Shown here: piece by piece, positions 31,399 to 40,631 of the stretch
How the letters are laid out: each line of letters opens with the position of its first letter
Numbering within the stretch: the stretch's first letter is position 1
Virus record (IMG/VR): IMGVR_UViG_3300020037_004820
Reading direction: 5' to 3' (one strand)
DNA length: 64,000 bases
Source: a virus
Taxonomy: Duplodnaviria > Caudoviricetes
Notes under the pieces: model-generated
What the model was told of the DNA's origin: nothing
What the model saw: the letters and a program-made list of their open reading frames with translations, nothing else
Databases searched by the model: none
Translations under genes and position numbers: made by a program

Positions 31399-32213
31399 CC
31401 ATGAGTCATAATAAAAAAAGAAATACTGCTTTTTTGTTTGAAGTTTTGCTTAAAGAGCAAACAAAAGCTATTCTCGAAAAGAAAGATGCTAAAGCAAAAT
31501 ATATTGAAAAAGTTATAAAAGAGTATTTCGCGATAGATTCTATTCTTTATAAAGAATTGGAACTATATAACTCTTTATTAGAATACAGAGATAGAAACGG
31601 TGAAGATGTTGATAAAATCATTTTATTAACTAAAACTGAAAGAGCTACTCTTAACGATAAAGAAATTTATGAATCTCAAAGTAAATTAATATCTATAATC
31701 AATAAAAAATTGGGACCTGATGTTTTCTACAATTTTGTTCCAAACTATAAAGAATTAGCTACTATTAATATTTTATTTTCCAAGCAAACTCCTTTCAATA
31801 TTAAAGTTAAAATGGAAGAAAGTTTAAAAAATCATTTACAAACTGCTTTACCTAAAGAAGAATATATAGAAGAAAAAGTAGATTCTCTAATATTCAAGAA
31901 ATGTGTTGAAAACTTCAATGGGAAATATGAATCTTTATTAGACGAGCAAAAAGAGTTATTATCTAAATATTTACTGTCTAAGTTCGGAGATACTATTGAT
32001 TTCCCTATATATTTGAATGCAGAATGTAAAAGATTATCCAATTCTATAGAAAAAACTAAAGAAAAAGTTAAAGAAGATAAAACTTTATATGAAAATATAA
32101 AGTTAGCTTTATCTAATCTAAAATCTTCTTCTGTAAAATATAACGATGATTTATTCATATATTCTATACTGAAGCATCAACAGTTAGCAAGAGAACTTGA
32201 AAATGGCGAATAA
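31395..32213 (+). CDS. Hypothetical head-module protein
   Basis: HNKKRNTAFLFEVL N-terminus; directly after the portal gene. Confidence 0.6.
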   Translation: MTMSHNKKRNTAFLFEVLLKEQTKAILEKKDAKAKYIEKVIKEYFAIDSILYKELELYNSLLEYRDRNGEDVDKIILLTKTERATLNDKEIYESQSKLISIINKKLGPDVFYNFVPNYKELATINILFSKQTPFNIKVKMEESLKNHLQTALPKEEYIEEKVDSLIFKKCVENFNGKYESLLDEQKELLSKYLLSKFGDTIDFPIYLNAECKRLSNSIEKTKEKVKEDKTLYENIKLALSNLKSSSVKYNDDLFIYSILKHQQLARELENGE

Positions 32214-32709
32214 AGCAATAACTATAAAATTTAGACAGATATCTAAAACGTTAGATGGGAACTTGTTGATCGGAGATCATGAACAAGTTTATTTTGTTTT
32301 ATCTCCTGAAAAAAGAAAAATTACTCTTATATCTAAACAAGATTTAAAAGATGATTTTTTCATGGTACAAAAACGCTTTTTAGAATTTGCTTTAAAATAT
32401 GGAATGTTAGTAATGGGATCAGAATCCACAGGATATTTACCTGGGATGTTTGAATTTAGTTATCCAGAAAGTGACAAGCATGATTCAGTTAAAGTTATGT
32501 TACGTTTAATATCGATGTTTATTACTGGTGAAAAAGCTATCTATGACAGAATAAATGCACATGAAGAAGAGATGGAAAAACGTTTATTAGATCCTGATGA
32601 AGAAAATTCTACAGAATTAGGAGAAGTTCCTCATGAAGATAAAAAAGGTGTAAAAATAAACAATCCTTATCTTAGTTATATGACCTCATGGTTCGGGTGG
32701 TACGTCTAA
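32197..32709 (+). CDS. Hypothetical head-module protein
   Basis: 170 aa; C-terminal PDEENSTELGEVPHEDKKG. Confidence 0.55.
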   Translation: MKMANKAITIKFRQISKTLDGNLLIGDHEQVYFVLSPEKRKITLISKQDLKDDFFMVQKRFLEFALKYGMLVMGSESTGYLPGMFEFSYPESDKHDSVKVMLRLISMFITGEKAIYDRINAHEEEMEKRLLDPDEENSTELGEVPHEDKKGVKINNPYLSYMTSWFGWYV

Positions 32710-33326
32710 TGAATGAAATAACTCTAAATAAAAATGATTTACTTGATATAATCAAAGAAGAAATAGTACGTTTTTCTGAAAAGAAAGAACACAACGAAAT
32801 TGTCAATAACTTTGCAAATAAATTTTCAACTGTATTTGTAGAAGCTTTAGAACTAAAAGACACAGATTCTAAGGACAAAATTTTTACAGAAGCTGTAAAT
32901 TTTGTCAAAAAATACAAAAAAGAAATAATCGCCTCTACAGTTGACCCTACCTTTTTAAAGTTACGTGAACAATATCAAATTGTCACTAAAAATAAAAACA
33001 GAAATATTCTAGGATTAGTTGAAACTAAATTGTCTTCATTAAATGAATCAAAATCTCCTTCTAAAAATATTATATTAGAAGGAGATTTATTTTTCGGATT
33101 AGAAGATAATGTTTTAAGATTAGGGGAGTATAAAGGCAAAGAAGTTGTTATAAATGTTCCATTTTTAGGAAACGAGAAAAAGTACAAGATATATATTGAA
33201 AATAAAGGTAAAATAGAGAAAGTAGAATTTGGGGAATCTAATATGTCTATAAAAAAATCTAACCCAAATTTGAATGAACAATCTGTATGGATTTGTAAAA
33301 ATTGGACAGAAGGTACTGATAAATGA
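32709..33326 (+). CDS. Hypothetical, probable prohead core/internal protein
   Basis: Repeated IKEE/LNE/ILE motifs; C-terminal EYKGKEV..KVEFG..NMSIKK..WICKNW. Confidence 0.5.
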   Translation: MNEITLNKNDLLDIIKEEIVRFSEKKEHNEIVNNFANKFSTVFVEALELKDTDSKDKIFTEAVNFVKKYKKEIIASTVDPTFLKLREQYQIVTKNKNRNILGLVETKLSSLNESKSPSKNIILEGDLFFGLEDNVLRLGEYKGKEVVINVPFLGNEKKYKIYIENKGKIEKVEFGESNMSIKKSNPNLNEQSVWICKNWTEGTDK

Positions 33327-33955
33327 GTTTAAAATCAGAACGTCTATTATTAAAAGAATTTTATGATTTAGATGACAAATGGCTTAAAGAAAATAAGTCA
33401 AGTTCTGGTACTATTTTTTTAACAGGTATAATTCAAAGAGCTGATAAGAAAAATCAAAATGGAAGAATTTATCCAAGAAAAGTTTTAGAAGCTGCCTTTG
33501 AGGCATACAAAAAAAAGATAAAGGATAATAGATCTGCTGGAGAAGCAAATCATCCATCTAATAGCGTAGATATAGATCTATTGAAAATTTCCCATATCAT
33601 AAAAGATATATGGTGGGAAGGAGACGATCTTTACGGACGTTTACAAATAACTTCTAATACTGTAGGTAAAGATATACAAGCATTAATCAATGACGGTTTA
33701 ATGTTAGGCATATCTTCTAGAGGATATGGCTCTGTTTCTAAAAAAGATGGAGATATTATAGTAAATGAAGATTTCGAATTAGTTTGCTTTGACTTAGTAC
33801 ATGATCCTTCGACAACAGGAGCATTTGTTCTAAAAGAAGGTGTATATGTCAAGGTACAAGAAACTGATTTGTTCACAGAGAAAAAACTTATTATACCCGA
33901 ACAAAAAAAATTACATACACTTGTTGAACAAATTCTACAAATAAAGAAGGTGTAA
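33323..33955 (+). CDS. Prohead maturation protease (T4 gp21-like)
   Basis: NQNGRIYP, GEANHP (His), GISSRGYGS (Ser), FDLVHDPST (Asp). Confidence 0.95.
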   Translation: MSLKSERLLLKEFYDLDDKWLKENKSSSGTIFLTGIIQRADKKNQNGRIYPRKVLEAAFEAYKKKIKDNRSAGEANHPSNSVDIDLLKISHIIKDIWWEGDDLYGRLQITSNTVGKDIQALINDGLMLGISSRGYGSVSKKDGDIIVNEDFELVCFDLVHDPSTTGAFVLKEGVYVKVQETDLFTEKKLIIPEQKKLHTLVEQILQIKKV

Positions 33956-33956
33956 A

Positions 33957-34397
33957 ATGGCTGGATTAACTAGAAAAGATATTAAAGATATAATGAAAGA
34001 AGCTGTAAAAGAAGCATTAACAGACAACACACTTCTTAAAGAGATGATTGCTGAATGTATAAAAACTTCGGTAGTTACAATACTTAAAGAAATAAATATA
34101 CAAGATACTCAAATAACAGAGAGTAGAGATGTTAGACCTTCACAATCTTTGTTTCAAGAAAAACCGTTGATTACTTCTGCGTCTAAAACAAATGTAGGTA
34201 AAAAACCTGTACAACAAAGACCTCCAAGTGAGCCAGCTTTTTCACCAGAAGCAATGAGAGCTATGTTTGAAAATGAATTTGGAGTGGGAACACCTTCGGC
34301 AGCACCACACAGTAATCCAGCTAAAATAAACATTCAGGATATGAATGATACAGAAGAAGATGATCCTCGTGTCTTAAGGGCATTAGGAATAAGATAA
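33957..34397 (+). CDS. Hypothetical head-module protein
   Basis: IKDIMKEAVKEAL..LLKE N-terminal helix. Confidence 0.55.
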   Translation: MAGLTRKDIKDIMKEAVKEALTDNTLLKEMIAECIKTSVVTILKEINIQDTQITESRDVRPSQSLFQEKPLITSASKTNVGKKPVQQRPPSEPAFSPEAMRAMFENEFGVGTPSAAPHSNPAKINIQDMNDTEEDDPRVLRALGIR

Positions 34398-34406
34398 GGA
34401 GTTAAA

Positions 34407-34634
34407 ATGAAACCGTTAAATTTTGAAGTAGTAGAAAAGCCAGGAGAATCAACTGATAAGTTGATCAAGAAATTTTTGAAGAAAACATCTAGAAATAAGA
34501 TTGTACAAACCTGTTTAGATAAGATGTATTTTCAAAGTGATTCAAGTAAAGGACGTAATAAACGCTCTAGAAAGAAGTATATAAAGCAAAAAATCCAAGA
34601 GAATCATGAAAAAGCTATAAACTCTGAAAAATGA
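34407..34634 (+). CDS. rpsU: Phage-encoded ribosomal protein bS21-like
   Basis: 75 aa, basic; V..GESTDKLIKKFLKK...IV......YF.S.S..R.KR fits the bS21 pattern; lies in the head module. Confidence 0.72.
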   Translation: MKPLNFEVVEKPGESTDKLIKKFLKKTSRNKIVQTCLDKMYFQSDSSKGRNKRSRKKYIKQKIQENHEKAINSEK

Positions 34635-34646
34635 GAAAAATACTAA

Positions 34647-34654
34647 CTATTTAC
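34647..34654 (+). promoter_or_regulatory. Putative late-promoter motif CTATTTAC
   Basis: Intergenic CTAWTTA before the scaffold gene. Confidence 0.55.
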
Positions 34655-34681
34655 GTGTGACTATACAGGAAGATATAAAAT

Positions 34682-35851
34682 ATGCCACAATCAGATGATA
34701 TATTACAACAAGCTATTTTAGATGTAAACAAGATTAAAAATGTTAGTCTTAAAGTGGCTAAAGAAAAATTACAGCAACAATACTCCAATGATTTACGTAA
34801 AAAATATATCAAAGAGATGACTGATAATTTTGGTGATAATGATGATATAACATTATTCGAGGATATCAATGATATCTTGGGGGAAGACGATCCAAACGCT
34901 TCACCCGAGGGTGATACTCCCGGCGCAATTCCTGGTCAACCTAAACCTGGGGAACCTACACCCGGAGTAGGTGCTCCTGAAACTGGATTAACTCCATCAC
35001 CAGAAGGTGAAAATGGATTACCTCCACAAGCAGGTGCAGTTGATTCTCCCGTTTTACAATCAGATATTCCAGTTGCTGGAGTAGATGATACGTCTAATGG
35101 ATCTGTAATAGTTCTTAATTTAGGGGATGGAGAATCTCCATTCGATCTAGATGCGAACGAAGCTGATCTTAAAGCACAGACTTCTGAATTATTGGCGGGA
35201 CAACAAGGTGTTCCTCCTCAAGATCCAACCGCAGCACTTCCGGGTTCTAATCCTGTTGATGCTACGGGCGGAATGTTGCCTCCAGAAGAACAAGGAAGAC
35301 GTTCTGGAGAAGATCCTATTTTTGCAGGAATCTTTGATGAAGAAGATCCATATTTGCAAGAACCAGGACTTAGAGCTGAAGGCTCTTTAAAAATTTCTGA
35401 TGAAATTTTACTAGAATATATACAAAAATCATTGAATAATGAAGATAATTTCAAAACTCTATATTCGACTATAGAGAAATTACAAACAGATGTCGATAAT
35501 TTGTCTAAACAACTGAATAAATCTAATTCGGATTTGACAAATCTAAAAGAACAAAACATTCGCTTAATGTATAAAAATCAAGCACTTAATGATGACTCTC
35601 TGAGTGAGCCACAAAAACAAAGTATTGTCAAGGCACTAGATAAAGCTAAGACTCTAAGTGAAGCTAAAGCTGTTTATGAAACAGTTGCAACTTCGACCTC
35701 AAAACCAAACAAAAAAGCTACAGACGTTAATACTCTTTTAGCAGATAATGCAACTCGTAAATTTCTGAATGAAGATAAACAATCTCCAACAGAAGAAAAA
35801 CCAGAATTAACATCTATAACTAAAAAATTGTTTGAGAAATGGGGAATTTGA
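34682..35851 (+). CDS. Prohead scaffolding protein
   Basis: Acidic, P/G-rich disordered middle and coiled-coil C-terminus (NIRLMYKN..QKQSIVKALDKAKTLSEAKAVYE); immediately upstream of the capsid gene. Confidence 0.8.
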   Translation: MPQSDDILQQAILDVNKIKNVSLKVAKEKLQQQYSNDLRKKYIKEMTDNFGDNDDITLFEDINDILGEDDPNASPEGDTPGAIPGQPKPGEPTPGVGAPETGLTPSPEGENGLPPQAGAVDSPVLQSDIPVAGVDDTSNGSVIVLNLGDGESPFDLDANEADLKAQTSELLAGQQGVPPQDPTAALPGSNPVDATGGMLPPEEQGRRSGEDPIFAGIFDEEDPYLQEPGLRAEGSLKISDEILLEYIQKSLNNEDNFKTLYSTIEKLQTDVDNLSKQLNKSNSDLTNLKEQNIRLMYKNQALNDDSLSEPQKQSIVKALDKAKTLSEAKAVYETVATSTSKPNKKATDVNTLLADNATRKFLNEDKQSPTEEKPELTSITKKLFEKWGI

Positions 35852-35862
35852 GCAAATAAAGA

Positions 35863-35870
35863 CTATTTAG
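35863..35870 (+). promoter_or_regulatory. Putative late-promoter motif CTATTTAG
   Basis: Intergenic CTAWTTA before the AGGAG RBS of the capsid gene. Confidence 0.6.
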
Positions 35871-35898
35871 TGGTATAACTCACTAGGAGAAAAATAAA

Positions 35899-37614
35899 AT
35901 GGATGATTTTCTAAAAGTAATAATGGATAGCGATGTTATCGAATCCAGATTAGATAAAGACAATAAGCTTGTTGAAAAATGGGGCAAGTATGGTTTCCTT
36001 AAGGGGATCACTGACGACAACAAGAAAAGAACTATAGCTCGTTTGTTTGAGAACCAAAAGAATCAAATGAAGAGACAAATTGTGCTAGAGCAAACCTCTA
36101 TGGCAGGAGGTGATGTTCAAGGGTTTGCAGCGGTTTCTATGCCGATTATTCGAAGAGTCTTCGGTAACTTAATCGGAGCTTCTGAAGTTGTATCTGTACA
36201 ATCTCTTGATCAGCCTGTTGGTCTTATATTCGTATTAGACTTCACTGCTGGAACAAATAAAGGTGGAATGGGTCTTGCTCAAAACGCTTCTATTTATGGT
36301 CAAGGTAGAGTTGGTGCACAGATTCTGAGCGGAGCTGATTTATCAGGTATCAACGCAGAAACTGGTTTCACTGCTCTTAACCAAGGTTATACACAACCTT
36401 CTGGATCTGTTACCATGGTTGCTGCAACTACTTTCGGGTCGTTCTTAGCATCTGGTACAGTTGGTGGAATTGATAATACTTTAGATAGATGGGTAAGATT
36501 TGATCAAGATTTATCTGGATCTTTCGTTGCCGTGTTGACTGCTTCTAAAGGATTGTTCCCACAATTGTTAGAAAAATCTTATATGGCGATTGCTGACTCT
36601 TCTACAACTTCTGGAACTTTGGTTAAGAGATTAATCCAAGAATACGCTCCAGATCCTACAAAAGTTGTATTGATTTACTCTGGTGCATCTCTTGGTGCTC
36701 TGAATGAATTAACAAATACAGCTAACCTTCGTACATACAAATATCCTATCTATGACAACTTTGCATCTGTAAACGGTGTATATTCTGCCATACAAGGTAC
36801 AACTCCTTGGGGATTTGAATGGGACGGTTCTGCTGGACAAAACGGTGAAATTCCTGAAATCGACTTGAAAGTTGAAGCATTCAATATTCAAACTAACACT
36901 AGAATGTTGAGAGCAAAATGGACAGCGCAGGTTTCACAAGACTTAGCGGCATGGCAAAATATGGATGCAGAAGTGGAATTGACTTCTGTTCTTTCAGAAC
37001 AAGTTGCAATGGAAATTGACATGGAGGTTCTAAAGGACCTTGTTGAAGGTGGAAAAGCAACTGTTAGATACTGGTCACGTAGACCTGGACGTTTCGTTAC
37101 TCGTACAACGGGTGAAGTTATTCCTGCTGCGCAAACTGGTGACTTTACAGGTAACGTTGCAGAATGGTATCAGACCTTATTGGAAACAATAAACGATATC
37201 TCTGCACAGATTGCACGTAAGGTTCTAAGAGGTGGTGCAACTTTCCTTGTAACTTCTCCAGAAGTTCAATCGATTCTTGAATCTACAAATCAATGGTATG
37301 CTACAACTACGGTTGGAGAATCTGAGAAAGGTGGTCAAGCTGGATTGAAGAAAGAAGGTTCTGTTTCGAAGAAATGGGATGTTATGGTTAGCCCTTACTT
37401 CCTAAGAAACGTTATATTAGTTGGACGTAAAGGTTCTTCTAATCTAGAAACAGGATATGTATACGCTCCTTATGTTCCTCTTATCACTTCTCCTACAATT
37501 CCTAATCCAGATAACCTGTTTGTGTACAACAAGGGTGTTATGACAAGATATGGAAAGAAAATGATTAGACCAGATATGTACGCCTTGTGCATCATATTGA
37601 ATCTTGAAGGCTAA
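35899..37614 (+). CDS. Major capsid protein (T4 gp23-like)
   Basis: LVEKW, LFENQ, PIIRRVF, VSVQ..P.GLIF, TRMLRAKWT, DAEVEL..EIDMEVL, GYVYAPYVPL, GVMTRYG. Confidence 0.96.
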   Translation: MDDFLKVIMDSDVIESRLDKDNKLVEKWGKYGFLKGITDDNKKRTIARLFENQKNQMKRQIVLEQTSMAGGDVQGFAAVSMPIIRRVFGNLIGASEVVSVQSLDQPVGLIFVLDFTAGTNKGGMGLAQNASIYGQGRVGAQILSGADLSGINAETGFTALNQGYTQPSGSVTMVAATTFGSFLASGTVGGIDNTLDRWVRFDQDLSGSFVAVLTASKGLFPQLLEKSYMAIADSSTTSGTLVKRLIQEYAPDPTKVVLIYSGASLGALNELTNTANLRTYKYPIYDNFASVNGVYSAIQGTTPWGFEWDGSAGQNGEIPEIDLKVEAFNIQTNTRMLRAKWTAQVSQDLAAWQNMDAEVELTSVLSEQVAMEIDMEVLKDLVEGGKATVRYWSRRPGRFVTRTTGEVIPAAQTGDFTGNVAEWYQTLLETINDISAQIARKVLRGGATFLVTSPEVQSILESTNQWYATTTVGESEKGGQAGLKKEGSVSKKWDVMVSPYFLRNVILVGRKGSSNLETGYVYAPYVPLITSPTIPNPDNLFVYNKGVMTRYGKKMIRPDMYALCIILNLEG

Positions 37615-37621
37615 TTTTTTA

Positions 37622-37635
37622 CCCTAGAAATAGGG
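37622..37635 (+). other. Small GAAA-tetraloop hairpin after the capsid stop
   Basis: CCCTA-GAAA-TAGGG. Confidence 0.5.
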
Positions 37636-37642
37636 GCAAAAT

Positions 37643-37669
37643 AAACCGACCGTAAATGGTCGGTTTTTT
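37643..37669 (+). terminator. Rho-independent terminator after major capsid
   Basis: AAACCGACC-GTAAAT-GGTCGGTTT followed by a T-tract. Confidence 0.9.
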
Positions 37670-37700
37670 GTTTTAATCATATTTTTATCTTTTCCAAACA

Positions 37701-37708
37701 CTAATTAC
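37701..37708 (+). promoter_or_regulatory. Putative late-promoter motif CTAATTAC
   Basis: CTAWTTA just downstream of a terminator and upstream of a GGGAG RBS. Confidence 0.55.
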
Positions 37709-37733
37709 TGTGTATTTAGGGAGAACTATCACA

Positions 37734-38180
37734 ATGGGTATATCAAAGCGTGCATTTGCGGAGTTAACAGCTAAAGCTGTTTCCAATTCTTTTGTTTCAC
37801 AATCATTTTCTAGCTCGTTTCATCAAAACGTCAACTCTGTCAGATTGAACTTAACAGGTGTATATAATACATTTGTATTGACCCCATCTGGATCAGGTCG
37901 TGCGAAAGTTGTAGGTATCCAAGCACATCCCAATGATAGCGCAAACGCATACTCTATGAGTTATGGTGTGTTCTCAGTAGGTGTCCCTGGTGGTGCAATG
38001 TTACAAGGAAACGCAGGATATTTCACTGGTGTTATAACTGGTGGAACAACTCGTACAGCATCTCTAAATACAGATGCTTCTAAACTTGTAATTGCTCCGG
38101 GTAGCTTATGCTATCTATCTTCTACAAACCATACTGGCGCAATGGCAGTAGAAATTTTCTATAAGACAGAAGTTATATAA
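37734..38180 (+). CDS. Probable capsid decoration/surface protein
   Basis: S/G/T-rich beta protein right after the capsid gene with its own promoter motif and terminator; ATG 37734 follows GGGAG. Confidence 0.45.
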   Translation: MGISKRAFAELTAKAVSNSFVSQSFSSSFHQNVNSVRLNLTGVYNTFVLTPSGSGRAKVVGIQAHPNDSANAYSMSYGVFSVGVPGGAMLQGNAGYFTGVITGGTTRTASLNTDASKLVIAPGSLCYLSSTNHTGAMAVEIFYKTEVI

Positions 38181-38201
38181 ATCTACAGTAAATGATTGAA
38201 T

Positions 38202-38237
38202 AAAAGGAACAGATGAGAATCTGTTCCTTTTTATTTT
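38202..38237 (+). terminator. Rho-independent terminator
   Basis: AAAAGGAACAGAT-GAGA-ATCTGTTCCTTTT followed by a T-rich tail. Confidence 0.9.
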
Positions 38238-38246
38238 AAGTTTTAG

Positions 38247-38254
38247 CTATTTAT
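38247..38254 (+). promoter_or_regulatory. Putative late-promoter motif CTATTTAT
   Basis: CTAWTTA about 10 nt after a terminator and before a GAGG RBS. Confidence 0.55.
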
Positions 38255-38268
38255 GACGAGGAATTACC

Positions 38269-38565
38269 ATGGAAAATAAACAATTATTGGCCGAAAAGAA
38301 ATTTCTATTGAATTGTGGATATTCAATGGACGAAGTTGCATCATTAGTAGAAGGATTTGGAGTTACCGATGCTTTGCCAGAAGGACCAGAAGGTCACCCC
38401 TCTCAATTAAATCCAAATGAAGGTGCAACACAAGCTGCAAAAGATCGTGCTTCTGCACAATTTACTCAATTATTATCTATACTAAACAATCTATGGAGAG
38501 GGAAAATTCCTCCTCAAATTAGAGAAATAAGTACAGAAATTGCTAGATATTTTACAACTAATTGA
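38269..38565 (+). CDS. Hypothetical protein (possible internal head protein)
   Basis: 98 aa; LLAE and LVE motifs. Confidence 0.55.
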   Translation: MENKQLLAEKKFLLNCGYSMDEVASLVEGFGVTDALPEGPEGHPSQLNPNEGATQAAKDRASAQFTQLLSILNNLWRGKIPPQIREISTEIARYFTTN

Positions 38566-38577
38566 GGATAAAATACA

Positions 38578-39819
38578 ATGTCTACAGTATATCTCGATCC
38601 AACAAGTCAATTGTCTAGTAAAAAGTTACCACCAACTGGAACTTATACCAATGTGTTAACCATGTTACCAGATTTGGTATATACATCTAGTGCATTCATA
38701 ACAGGTGCAGTAAATGCTGTTGCTTTAGCATATGATTTTTATGCAGGTAACATTTTAGATATAGAACTTGAGGAGAGAAACTGCTATAGATATTATCAAA
38801 TGGCTGTATTAAAATACTCATATTTACTTAATACCCATCATGCAAAAAATATATTGTATGAAATGTTAGGTTTTCAAACTGCAACTTTTAATGCAAATGG
38901 TACAATATCTGTTGGTCAAGATCTTTCTCTTAAAAATCCCAATTTTTCACTTGCTTATGCAAGAAATATGGGAGCAGCTTTTGGAGGAGAAATAGGCGTA
39001 GGAGGATATATACCAACCTATTCAGCTTCTTTTCAAGCTGTAAATGAACAACAAGATTATGATTTACAAGAGTTGATAGGAAATTCAGCAGAGTTTAGCG
39101 GAATTGTACAAGGAAAACGACTTATAGTTAAAGAAGTTTTCTTTAAAACTCCTTATACTGGTTGGACATTTTTTGGAGGCATGGGAAGTTATGGATCTGT
39201 TGCAGGATACAGTTCTTACAATGGATATGCAAATAGATCAACTTTTCAAGTTACCCCTGTTTGGGAAGATAAATTACGTTTAGCTAACTTTGAAGATGCT
39301 ATAACAACTAGAACATCTAACTTTTCTTACGAATTGATTAACAATAAATTGCGTTTATATCCAATACCTAGAGCCCATGCATACGGTGCGCCATCTAAAT
39401 ATTGGATTAGATTTTCAATTGATGATAGTCCTTTATCAGCTTCTAATGGTATAACAACTTCCTCTATAGAAGGTATAAATAACTTGAACACGCTACCGCT
39501 AGGTAATTTACCTGTAGAGAATATCAATGGTCCAGGTCATCAGTGGATCAAAGAATACTTCCTTGCATTATGTGCAAAAGCCCTTGCATTAGTTAGAGGA
39601 AAATTTGGGTCTATACCTTTACATGGTGGAAGAAATATAACCTTGAATAGTGCTGATTTATTATCTACTGGAAAAGAAGATCTTAAAGATTTGGAAGAAA
39701 AATTAATTAAATTATTAGATGATATGGTTCGTCCAGAATTGGCAAAGAAGAAACAAGAGCAAATAGAAGCAAATACTGCTATTTTAGCTAATGTTCCTTT
39801 GTTTATCCATGTGAGATAA
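38578..39819 (+). CDS. Neck/head-tail adaptor protein (T4 gp13-like)
   Basis: ILDIEL, QQDYDL, NKLRLYPIP, QWIKEYFLALC..L..VRGKF..IP...ITLN..DL. Confidence 0.8.
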   Translation: MSTVYLDPTSQLSSKKLPPTGTYTNVLTMLPDLVYTSSAFITGAVNAVALAYDFYAGNILDIELEERNCYRYYQMAVLKYSYLLNTHHAKNILYEMLGFQTATFNANGTISVGQDLSLKNPNFSLAYARNMGAAFGGEIGVGGYIPTYSASFQAVNEQQDYDLQELIGNSAEFSGIVQGKRLIVKEVFFKTPYTGWTFFGGMGSYGSVAGYSSYNGYANRSTFQVTPVWEDKLRLANFEDAITTRTSNFSYELINNKLRLYPIPRAHAYGAPSKYWIRFSIDDSPLSASNGITTSSIEGINNLNTLPLGNLPVENINGPGHQWIKEYFLALCAKALALVRGKFGSIPLHGGRNITLNSADLLSTGKEDLKDLEEKLIKLLDDMVRPELAKKKQEQIEANTAILANVPLFIHVR

Positions 39820-39820
39820 T

Positions 39821-40366
39821 ATGAATGAAGAATATATATCTTTATCTAAATTGTTAGACGAGTTTTATAGAAGAAAAATAACTAAAGGAACATTATTAAG
39901 AAGTTTAGAGAATTATTATAGTTTAAACTCAAATTTAGTTATAACCTATGCAGATTCAAATTATTATGCATGTTATGATATAAATAAATTACCTTTGACG
40001 AAAAAAGATATTTATAAACCAGATAAAACAATAAAAAATAACACTCAAAAAATCTATTTAGTTAGAAAAAATATATACGGAAAGAAAAGAACTATAGAAT
40101 TTGTAATCTCATTATTTATAACAAAAGAAAATATTGCAAAAATAGATACTCAAATATTTGAATCTAAAAATGGTAAAATACTTTCATATTGGTTTTCACA
40201 AATAGAGGATTTTGAAGATACATTACAAGAATCTGAAGATTTAATCTTGCGCAAAATAGATGGAATGATTATAGATGTAAAAGAAGTAAGGAATGAGCAA
40301 CTTATATTAACCTCTAGTGAAAAACCAAAAATTCTAAAACGATTTAAAAATCTGGATATTGATTAA
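39821..40366 (+). CDS. Hypothetical protein
   Basis: 181 aa ORF. Confidence 0.5.
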   Translation: MNEEYISLSKLLDEFYRRKITKGTLLRSLENYYSLNSNLVITYADSNYYACYDINKLPLTKKDIYKPDKTIKNNTQKIYLVRKNIYGKKRTIEFVISLFITKENIAKIDTQIFESKNGKILSYWFSQIEDFEDTLQESEDLILRKIDGMIIDVKEVRNEQLILTSSEKPKILKRFKNLDID

Positions 40367-40631
40367 AATGAAAATAGATAACATAACATTTACTAACATT
40401 AAAGAAAACACTTCTGTATTTCAAATATTAAGCAAACAAATGTTTAGTATGCAACGTGAAATTGCAGCTACTTTAGGTGCAAATAAAAAATATGCAGAAG
40501 CTAAATTATTTCTTTCTAAAAGCAATTTTTTGATAGCTGCGCTTAGTAAGGCTAAAGATGAGGATACTTTAAGCAAAGTTAGAATAGCTTTTATTAATTT
40601 ATGTGATCAATATAAAGAGGATATTAAATAA
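40359..40631 (+). CDS. Hypothetical protein
   Basis: About 90 aa, coupled to the next gene by TAATG. Confidence 0.5.
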   Translation: MIKMKIDNITFTNIKENTSVFQILSKQMFSMQREIAATLGANKKYAEAKLFLSKSNFLIAALSKAKDEDTLSKVRIAFINLCDQYKEDIK

